Shown: piece after piece, positions 54,070 through 64,000 of the stretch
Layout: each line of letters opens with the position of its first letter
Numbering within the stretch: position 1 is the stretch's first letter
From: Tubiluchus corallicola
Lineage: Eukaryota > Animalia > Priapulida
Direction: 5' to 3'
Assembly (NCBI GenBank): GCA_030141605.1
Contig: JAQGDQ010000036.1
Location: 310,001 to 374,000 of the forward strand
DNA: 64,000 nt
Program-made: the position numbers and the translations under genes
The notes under the pieces: model-generated
The model's input: only the letters and a program-made list of their open reading frames with translations
Databases searched by the model: none
What the model was told of the DNA's origin: nothing

Positions 54070-57000
54070 TCAAGAGCTAGTTGATGATAGAGCTGCTTTT
54101 TGAAGAATTTTCTTTTTCCATTCTTCATAATCACCTGATTGCTCCGCAACCTCATCAATAAGTTTCCTTTTTCTGTCAGTTTTCGCTTCATCTGCCGCAT
54201 GTAAAACATTTATTAGCAGGTTAAAAAAGTAAAACAGCAAGAACAGCTAATTTAGTATTTACTTTCTCTTTTTTTGTCCTTACCAGTAATCTATAATGCA
54301 GCCATACTAATACATGAATTATAATTTTAATACATTTTGGAAAATAAATAAATGTCAAATTGCTACCTATTTCCCATGTTTCTTCAAGACAATCAAGCAA
54401 TGATTTGGCTCTCTTGCTATTCTTTACTTCAGATTTGTTATCTGCAATTAAAAACATGTTGAAACATGTGCACAATTTACTAACATGAACACCAACTGAT
54501 CTGTTTAAAGCAAATTTATTAATATCGGGCCTCATCTAAAAAATGTATAAATTATAACATACAGTACAGTTGTGCTACAGATCAACAAGTGTTGAATTTT
54601 CCTAAAAGTATGCTTGGCCAATTGAGCCATGAAGGTACAAATCAATCAGAATATTTGGTTAAATAAATATAGCCATAAAAAGTTTACTAATAAACATAAT
54701 GCTGAAAATATCTTGTTGAAGACAAATGTGGGTTTTACATGAATGTCATACGGATTGAATTGGTATGCAAGACCTATTGTGCAGAAATATGTAACACCTA
54801 ATTAGCAATGACCTTGGCTATGCGACATCTGAGACAAATTTCCCTATTCAGGCAAAATAGATTTACGTCATGAGGGTAGGATTGCGCCAATTATTTTGTT
54901 CCCCATTACTTTAAATTCCACAAATTTGACAGACTCTCACCAAATCATTTAGCATTATAATTTTTTGGGATTTTGACCTGTCTTGTGTGCATTTCATTTA
55001 GATTTTATTGCGATCAATTGAGCTACAGTATATTTTTAGCAAGTTTTTATAAATGACCAATTTAAACTTTAGAATACAGATCGATATATATTAGCTCCAT
55101 TCACATTATCATTGTTTACATGTGAACACACAGTTCACATGGCAGCTCAACATGTTTTCAAAACGTTTGGATTTAGTTTGAATCTGCTTTGCACTAAAAT
55201 CCTCTCAGCAATATGATGTCAGTGGTATATGTTGGCGTTTAAGTTGTAATCCTAGCGTTGCATTCACGTAGTGTTAGGTTGTTGAGATCGGCCGTAGTTA
55301 TTTCGGTTCGATTGTCATGTAAACAGTAGACGCTAGACATTGTTGGAGTTTGTAACATTTTCTATTGTAATATGAGTTTATTTTCTTACTATGTACCAAC
55401 ATCAGTGTTGCATAACTATAAAAGCTTGTCTTCAGTTCTTTATTTGCGTACATTACCAAAGAAACCAGTATAAATATTGCATCTGTTGTTTGTCCACTGT
55501 TCAAAACAATTGCCGAGACCATATACAACTATTTATTAAACATTTAGCCATGTTTAATCTGTGTTCTTAGATATTAAGAAACACAAAGAAACAGAAAATG
55601 TGAAAATATTTTAAAAAGTTACAATTAATAATTAAATAAATTAAATAAAATTATTATTATTACTTAATTTTACAATTAAATAAATTATTAAAATTAGATT
55701 AATAATTAAAAATGTTAAAAGTTTTTATCCAGTGCAAGGAGTTTTGTAACCTTGGTGCAAAAAACAAATATTTAGGGGAGGCAATTTGCTGCAAATAAAT
55801 GGTTTCTCAATGGCAGTAGTAGTGCTGAAATACCAAAGGTATACAATGTAACAGTTCAGGATTGACCTCGTCACCGCAGGAGCTGGCTAGCCCTAGAAGA
55901 ATGCTAGCTAAAATATTTGTTATTTATTCACAGTTCACTTAATAAATTCAGTCCGCACAAGATACAAGTAAAAACCATAAATAATGAAGCTTTTAACTAT
56001 GCTAATATAAACTAAGCAAAACTGTGGCACTGTAACCAAGGTGTGGCCTTCCAAGATCACCTAAGTTTTGAAGGAGTGTGGTAGTTAAAAGTCTGTAATT
56101 TACTGCATATAATACTATAACTGTACAAATTATACCAGAAAAAACAAGTACTCAGCACATTTTAAAAAAGATTTAATCACATGTTATTTTTAGCATAACT
56201 GTTCTCTTTCTCCTTGTTAATGTGATAAAGCAAATGTAAAAAATGCTAATTTTACAAAATAGTTAAGCCACATCACACATTTACAATTTTTGACATGTTG
56301 TCTGATAACCACAAAATCTTTTTGATGAAGACAGTAAATACACACTTTTTCTAGCCACTAACAACTGCCCTACTTTCAGCATGTTGTTTTGTAAACAGCC
56401 TCTTTACTTGTTATGAAATCTATTAAGTATGGGGATAGGCCTAACAGTGGAATGTTAAAAATCAAACCCTTCTGGTTCATGTACAACTTGACATTATTCT
56501 CAGACTTTCTGGCATTTTGTTATGACACCAATGTTGGAAAATAAAACATCAACAAAATAATGACAAGAACTTGAACAATCCCAAATCAATCTCTCTTGAA
56601 AATTCTGCTGGCATGTAGCTATATGGATGCATGGAGATGTATTTCCAGACTAGAGCTTCAGCAGCTTCACTAACAGACTATCGTATTACTGAATTAACTG
56701 AAAAGTTCGTTTTCGGACTTTGGGCCACTGGGAAGCAAGAAGTCTTGCAACTAATTTTGCCCATTCACATTTCTTGCCTGGTTTATGGACAAGCTACTAA
56801 TTAGTTTGAGAAAACAAGAATGCACCTGGGGTCAAGTCATAATGGTTAGCCAGTTTTTGTATGATAATGAGATTGAATTAGATTACAATATTTGAAGTTG
56901 GCATCTATATGAGCCATGTCATGTTATGTTATTCAACCATGTTGTTCAGTTATTTTTAATACACTAGAGGTCTACATACCTAGCTGAACTGGAACAAATT

Positions 57001-60000
57001 TATCTAAAATAGCACACATATTGTCAAATATTGATCTTCTGCATCCTGCAACTTCCAATAGTTTTCCTTTGTCAATTCTGCAATTCATTTTCCTGGACAT
57101 AAAAACAAAGATTAGTCACATGCGACAATTGCTCATAAATGCATTTATGTTTTGGCACATCAAATGACTTTAATTAAGTACCTCATGGCTTTTACATAAT
57201 GCATAACAGCATAAACTAAAATGTTATACTATATTTAAAACACCAACAGAAACCGTGAAGAGGCAATTTGACGGCTTTAAAATTATCATAAGTAAAATGC
57301 ACAACCTAAAAGAGCAAAATAAAGCAACTAGATGGCAATGCAATAAAATGATAAACTGGAATTCGAAATGTAATGCGAGATTAACTAACACGAACTGCAG
57401 TAGTAGGTTAGCAAATTCATAAATTTTTCAGCTAAGACACAGAAGGCTGAAACAGTTTTAAAATAACTAGTGACTTTCATGTGTTTTCCAATTATTCGTG
57501 CTCGCCGTTATTACTACAATAGGTTTTACTCTAGATAGATGACTACTGCCTACTGAGCCTACACCAATACAGCACAAGAGAACAACCAAGTAATGTGCAA
57601 GGATTTGAAATAATTAAAGAAAATGCGATTCAAACCCAGAAGTTTAAGTGATACATAAAAAAATTGATAAAATTTAATGTTCATTCATCTTCACAGTCTT
57701 CACTGCAAACCAACACATTGCCAAAATTTATGGTGATTTACAAGACACCCTGCATATATTAACAACAGTGCAAGGAATGTTTCCAGGTTTCAAGTAAATA
57801 TTCCGAGTTGAAAGTCTAAAGCAATAATTTCTTTGTCACAAATGCATACCTCAAAATAAAGGGGTTAGTTGGTTAAGTTAATTAGTTCAGGAAAACCCTT
57901 TCACTTACTTGCACGCTTTATACAAGGATGCAGCTATAAACAGAAGTTTTTTAGTATGTTCAGCCTCAGCAGACAAATCACCATTGTTCTTTCTTTCTTG
58001 CTCATACCTACCAATAAAAAACACTTGGCGAGGACAAATTCAGGCAGCTTAGACAAACAGTAAAAGTATTTTGAACACTGAGAAAACCTAGTAAATTTTG
58101 TAAGTATATAAGTATATCTTAAATTGTAATTGCTGATAGCTTGAAATGATTTGTTTATATTTCAAGTTTCTTACCTCAGTAGGATTTGAGCTGCGATTGC
58201 ACTGCACTGTGATGGACATCCAAATTGTGCAGCTAGATCAGTTACGGTAACTTTTGGTTGAAGATTCAGCAAAAATTCAACTGTCTTTAACGTGCTGATA
58301 TAGACTGGTTTTGTTACTCCTGAAAGCTTCGCCGCATAAACCTGGAACAAGAATTTAATAGTAATGAATAAGTTAAATAAAGCACATTGCAAAAACTGTA
58401 AGCTGATTACATTTAATTGCCAATTACATATATGTTTTTGTTATTAGGCCTAACTCATATTTTGAACATTCAAAAAGAAGTTGTATTGGATAGCAGTCTG
58501 TACCTTATCTATTTGATGCTGATGAATATTGGCAGCCAATTCCAGGCAAACAATTGTTTTACATGTTCCAGTCACATTCCTTGACAGATTGCTACTAGCT
58601 AATGTTTTCACATCCAAAAGTCTAACTAGCTCTTCAGCTTTTCTAAAAAAGATGAAAGATAGAATACTTAATAAAGTAGTTAAAAAGACAGTAGTCTTTA
58701 CTCATTCCTTTTCAGGACGATAATAAACAGCATCACATTTTGCATTTTTAACTGATCTCTGGAAAGTATTTGCAGTAGTCACAATATCAGTGTGGCAGTG
58801 TCTTTAGTAATTCCTTATCCAAAGACACTAACTCCTTTCCGAAACGTACGTACATTTACCCGTCATCTGTGATGGGAAAAATAATGCCTTATTAAGTAAT
58901 TTAATAAAATTTGGAAAAGAAATGGCTAACATACAAGAAAATCATACAATAACGAAAAAAGTTGTATTGTATTCTTCGTTTTCAGTCCTTGAAGAAGTTT
59001 TTCGCATTGCAAATTAACAGCTAAAAATTCATACTTATACATCAACTCAGCATACAACGAATGTTAATCTGTCGTGCACTTAATAGCACATCAAGATAAT
59101 TGTGTTGCACCAGGGAATGTGTTCACAGAATGTGACAGCAGCAAGTGCTGTTCAGTGTATGAAAGCAGTACTCTGAACAGACTTGATATTATTATGCTTT
59201 TGAATGTAAAAAAAAAACTAAAAAACATTAACAGCTTTTTAGGTTTTTTTAAATTTTATACAATTTCACAATTGGATTTATCACTTGGGCAGTAGTCAGT
59301 TACGTGTTTATAATGGTTGTTAGTAATACTATACGTACGCGTACCAAACATTCAGCCTTTTCAAAATCTGTTGCAAGTAAACAAATATTCATAAAACAAT
59401 ATTGATGGGCACTACCTTACTATACAGCTACTAATCATCTGTAGCTGGGAGTGCCAACTGTTAATTCAACAGCGCAGAGGTGAGTTGTTATAATCATCTG
59501 CTACCAGCGCGGGACAGACTCATTACAGTTCCAGTGTACAAATTTTATAGTATTTTAGCATGTTTGAACAACTGTCAAATGTACAAACTTAGAGCGATTT
59601 AAATACTTCATGCAAAATATTATACAGAAATGAATGCTCTATATTTTCTATTTTAAACAGTTTTGATACTAGCTGTCACATAGAAGCTAGAAAGTTTTGA
59701 AATCAAAAGCCTGTGAAAATTTTGCAAATTTTCCGAATTATCCACATTAACAGCGTTTAAATGCAGAAGACGCAGACAAGATATGATCCAGACATTTAGA
59801 ATCCTCAAGGATATTGATTGGATTGACAGTAACAAAAAGCTTGAACTTCATACATCAACACTATATATCAATTTCTATATATAGGCATGTATAATTGTAT
59901 ATACAAGTAAGTAATATGTAAGTATGTATGCATGCATGTGTGCGTGCGTGTGTCTGCATGTGCACATGTGCATGTTTGTTCATATCCACATCCTCGAAAG

Positions 60001-61489
60001 GTCTTTTAATTGCAGACTATCTCTTTCCGGGACTAGTCCTTGTCCAACCTTCTCTTAAATACAACTACACTTTGTGCGCATACGACATCGAATCAAATCA
60101 AATCATTCATTTTTCATCCCAATAACAATACAAAGAAAAATAGGTATAAATTTAAAAAACCAAATAAATGGGAAGGGGTGGCAAAAAACAGTTATCGAAT
60201 CAGCCACCCCAAGCTGAGTATTAAATTAGTATTATGCAGTGCTAATACACACACACACATATAAACCGTAAATATATGTGCTATACTAATGTTAAAAAAG
60301 AAAAAAATTATTTCATTAAATTATGTACTTCATTTGCCCGTGTTTTTCTATACATAAAATTGTCTAATTTTTAACTAGAGAACGAAAATAAAATTCTACA
60401 ACACAAAAGTATGAAGGAACGTGAAATGTGTACAGACAAGTGATAATCTGGAAACATATAAACGAGAGTGTGCGTATCTGAGAATATGAGAATAAACTCC
60501 AGCGGCTAGCTCCGCCTTATATATCAGTGCAAATGAACAATCTAGAAACTACTAAGCACATCGCATATAGCAAGTTCTCGAAACTTCGACTGCTTCTATA
60601 AGGTAAGAAGATTATTCTACTATACTATAGAACATTCCAGATCTCCACAACAATCAGATATATATGTCTATGTAAAACAGAAATATAGAAAACATACCAT
60701 CATGCAGTTATAATTCTCAGTTTACAATAATTATGTAAAAAATCAAACAACATGCACAATCCTAACAAAAAAATGTAAATACATTAATCAACTAAATTGT
60801 AAATTTGTATTACTTTAAAAGATACTTTAAACCAATTTTATGTCTTTGCATGCAGTATATATCATGCAATACATATTGTATAAATTTACCTTATTTATTT
60901 TATGATATATTCAATAACATTTCATAAATAACATCGCTGAGTAAACTATTCCATGCGTCTACAATTTAGTGTGAAAAAACGATTCAATCCTATACACTGC
61001 TTAAACCGATTCTTAGAATGTAATGAGCTCTTTTTCAGTCTCATAGTTTAAAGCTCGAATAGATCGACTCTGGGCCAATCATCCAGAGAAATACATTCAT
61101 CTTAGACTTCCCCAATGGCAGCAAGACGCATGGATTTTAGGAAGAACCTGACACTTATCATGGTACAAAGAACATGACGGTACTATCTTCCGGTTCGTAT
61201 CATTAGTGCCACCATGTATTATTAGAAAATTCAACACAAATAAAAGCATCCAGAGAAGATTGGAGGGGCAAATAGCGATTAACTATGCTTAGCCACTATT
61301 CGCGTTGTAAGTAAGTCTCTTTCAAAAAATATATAGGTTTGCACTACTAGTAGTACGTAATGACAACTCTTTATGTACGGGTATGATAACACCTATACCT
61401 CGCAACAATACTTACTTGATTATAGCAGGTGACACAATGCAAAGCTTCAATGCTATCTTATGCAAAAGATTACGGTCAGCATTATTCAT
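54070..61489 (-). CDS. ORC6: Origin recognition complex subunit 6, 7 exons, 262 aa
   Basis: Exons: 61489-61416, 58642-58504, 58341-58175, 58007-57909, 57092-56980, 54441-54367, 54191-54070 (789 nt, phases consistent). Motifs KAEELVRL, CLELAA, KLSG, DLAAQFGC and the diagnostic C-terminal DYEEWKRKIL. Confidence 0.93.
59760..59850 (+). mobile_element. Small CR1 ORF2 fragment
   Basis: Translates to RRRRQDMIQTFRILKDID, resembling the CR1 RRLRGDLIEVYKIL motif. Confidence 0.45.
60091..60930 (-). mobile_element. 5'-truncated retroposon 3' segment (L2/CR1-group-like tail) inserted into a CR1 remnant
   Basis: Flanked by an exact 6-bp duplication ACATCG (60085-60090 and 60931-60936). On minus it ends in a (GATTT)n tail preceded by a GGGGTGGC...GCCACCCC stem-loop (60175-60210). 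Confidence 0.65.
60487..60645 (-). promoter_or_regulatory. Heat-shock-type promoter (HSE cluster + TATA + Inr) inside ORC6 intron 1
   Basis: Perfect TTCtcGAAacTTC (60575-60587), plus GAAcaTTCcaGAT (60630-60642) and GAAcaATCtaGAA (60535-60547). TATATAAG on minus at 60523-60516. Inr-like TTATTC has its A at 60493, 30 nt from the start of the TATA box. Confidence 0.65.
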
Positions 61490-61758
61490 TGCCAAATCAC
61501 GCACTTTCCTTTATTTTTTATGGTTTGTTGTTGTGTATTAAATTATGATTCTTGTAACTTTCTCGCAATGTTTTCTTTGGCTTTTTACCCGCCTTTTATT
61601 TATCGCACTTCAGACTATTCTCGCAAAAATACGGACATCCCGTAATGTACAGCATACGAGGATCACGTGATATCTTGTTTCTGGCATTTGTGTGATAGTA
61701 ACGGTACGGACAGTAGTCAGACACATAAGTTGTAAAATAGCGAGTGTATTTTTTCAGT
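61490..61758. promoter_or_regulatory. Putative bidirectional promoter between ORC6 and the divergent gene
   Basis: CpG-richer interval between two divergent ATGs. Contains an E2F-like TTTTACCCGCC (~61582-61593) and a palindromic E-box ATCACGTGAT (61662-61671). Confidence 0.55.
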
Positions 61759-61761
61759 ATG
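61759..61761 (+). CDS. ATG-only first coding exon of a gene divergent from ORC6, possibly VPS35 (remainder not seen in window)
   Basis: cagtATG|GTAAGT: a perfect donor directly after an ATG, 270 bp from the ORC6 ATG. The identity is inferred only from recall of the human head-to-head ORC6/VPS35 arrangement. No exon 2 was recognised before 64000. Confidence 0.45.
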
Positions 61762-62999
61762 GTAAGTTGAAATTTACTTTTTTACGAATGTTTTACCTAT
61801 AGAAACTGATGAGACAATTAAATTAGATTTTTTGCCTCTCGTGTTGTTGAGCCATGCTAGATGCATTAATTTTCAGTTCAGTTTTATTTGCACAAATACA
61901 TACAATGTACATTGGCGAAGCAATACACGTTAAATACTACACGTTATAATAGGCTGTGTGTAAAGTTGTTTTCATAGACAAATGTTAAGATATGGTATAC
62001 TGATAGCGATACAAAAATCACAGTTCCATAAAAATTGTATAATTTAGCAATGAAAAAAGAAAAATGACTTAAAAGATGTTTCTAGCTAAGTAGCATCCTC
62101 AGTTCAATTCAATTGCTTTAAGGTATCTTTGAGAAGAGACCGCAACTGAGTTCAACTCTAGGTCTCTATACCTTTGTAAGGTAAAATTGTAAGATACGCT
62201 TTCACATCGACCTCTTTCCCAGTCTGGAAGGCACTTATCTCTAAGTGTAAGCCTAAAATTATAGTTAGCAGTTCAACCCTCGCCTAAAAGTTAGCGGCTC
62301 TTCATCTAAGAAACTAAACTAAAAACATCCTATGTAAAATCCCTCCTGTTGTCTGTATGCTCTAAGTTTAAAGCTATTATGACCAGAAGTTGATGTGTTT
62401 TTTATGTAAACATAAATTCATTTTTCAACACAGAATTAACAGTGGATCAGCGTAATTGCTTAACTAGAGCTTTTCAGCTTGTAATTGTATATAAAATTTT
62501 TGCACATAAAATTTACAATGTAACTGTGTAACACTGCAGAGTGCAGAGAGCCTGCAAAATGCTGTATAAAAGGCATAAATAAAACGACTGCCATTAATCA
62601 ATGCAAAAATATTACAAACTGATTATGATTCCACTAGATCTAGTTACTAATCATTGGCATTTTACAATGCTAATACTTATTCCACATTAGATAATCAGCA
62701 AATACCTCTTTGTTGCTATTAAAGTTAACATGCTTTAAAAGATCCTAGTATTTATATTATTTAATGCTTCATAAGCAAAGACATCTTGCTTCACTCAACG
62801 TACTAATGCCATATTATGATTGTAGCCATTACACGAAACATAATTTTTTTATTAACCAGCTGATATGATCACAACGTAACTGCAACACAAATCCAAATTT
62901 CTTTAACAGACCATAAGATTGAGAAAGCAATTTCTCTCCAAAAAAGGAAACAATACTGTTATTGCAGAAGGTTCACAACTACCTCAAGTTTTTCAGGAG

Positions 63000-63390
63000 G
63001 GATTGTTCCCATCATACTTATTGCATTACCTCTTTGCAGAGCAATGAATAAACATTGGAATAAAAACTTATTGATCTAATCTCCCTTGTGGCAAGCTGGA
63101 TGCCTTTGCCTGAGGCACTAAGGAATCTCTTCCCTTCAATACCACGAGTGTCAAAGGTTTCAATAGCAATCAGCACAAAATGGAATGTTGCCGAAATGTA
63201 TTTAGTATGTTTTCTAATTGAGCCACATGCCCTGTAGGGCTAGCTGAAGCAGCTAAATCTGAAAGTTCTAATGCATTCATACAAGTGAAATTCCAAAGAA
63301 ATGAACAACTTCGGTCCAAATTAAAGTAATTCATTCAGGCCTTTTGTTGTCTGAACTGGACAAACCCTAAAGTGAGCTCTAAAACTGAGA
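63000..63390 (-). mobile_element. Fragment of a restriction-like-endonuclease (CRE/NeSL-type) non-LTR retrotransposon
   Basis: The broken minus-strand translation contains SDNKRP, LWNFTC, FHFVLIAIET and SIALQRGNAISMMGTIP-like segments, typical of the C-terminal RLE domain. Confidence 0.7.
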
Positions 63391-64000
63391 GAACATGACC
63401 ATAGGGATGCATCAAATATTTGGATCACCAATTTTTTTCCGAATATCGTCTGGTATAAAAATATGATCTAGAAAATTCGATTGCAATTACAAAAACATTT
63501 GGTGAACTTCGGTATACTAAAGTTACTTTTTAATAACTGTGATATTCAATGAAAATTATATTAAACAAGCCGAATATTCGATTATAGTGCTTATAAAAAG
63601 TTACCTGTAAAAAACTGGTAAAAACAGCGAACTCGACACAACGGCTGATATGTTGCTTTCTGTTTTGGTCAGATTGGTTTCTGTATGTTAACTCCAAAAA
63701 TGATATGCTCCGTCGAATGCGCAGTGTCATGTGTTATACATGACGAAATAAATCAATGAGAACTCGAACTAGTAAACAATTATATTGCAGTTTTGATTAT
63801 ATACTGTTTGTATTGATTGTACAAAACAGTTTGAATAGTTTTCTAAAAGAATTAGGGCAGCTTTTAAAGTTACTTTCCTACCTAACCAATAAATTAAAAC
63901 ACTAATTTAAAATGATAAAGTGTTACAGAGTTTATAATTCTTTTCATTTGGAATTACAAGAAAATTTGGTTCAGTTTCGGTAAAAAAATTCCACTCGGCT

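Larger units (their letters stand above)
59985..61140 (-). mobile_element. Decayed CR1-group LINE 3' end, split by the 60091-60930 insertion
   Basis: The minus-strand translation ...IVDAWNSLLSD (ending ~60931) resumes as VVCAQSVVVFKRRLDK (from ~60085), a typical CR1 ORF2 C-terminus. Confidence 0.65.

Noticed and set aside
1-64000. Prokaryotic systems (CRISPR arrays, operons, defence islands)
   Set aside because: The sequence is spliced eukaryotic DNA; no repeat-spacer array or operon-like ORF run was seen.

Overview
AT-rich, intron-rich eukaryotic DNA, probably from a protostome invertebrate (inferred from a fusilli-like ESRP segment). Four complete protein-coding genes could be assembled by hand with consistent splice phases: C/EBP-gamma (+, 3924-4373); ESRP/fusilli (-, 14 exons, 10435-38059, 715 aa, with a U12-type intron and a complete fourth RRM); a class II aldolase/adducin-head protein with a possible mitochondrial presequence (-, 5 exons, 42963-49516); and ORC6 (-, 7 exons, 54070-61489). 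A divergent ATG-only first exon at 61759 may be VPS35. Introns and intergenic DNA contain decayed LINEs, Tc1/hAT/THAP remnants, MITEs, SINEs and microsatellites. The most notable observations are: an intact-looking HSE-TATA-Inr heat-shock promoter inside nested mobile insertions in ORC6 intron 1; a candidate alternative last exon of ESRP that would remove half of RRM4; and a ~93-bp perfect (TTA)n/(TAA)n fold-back in an ESRP intron. All homology calls rest on recalled family motifs; no searches were run.
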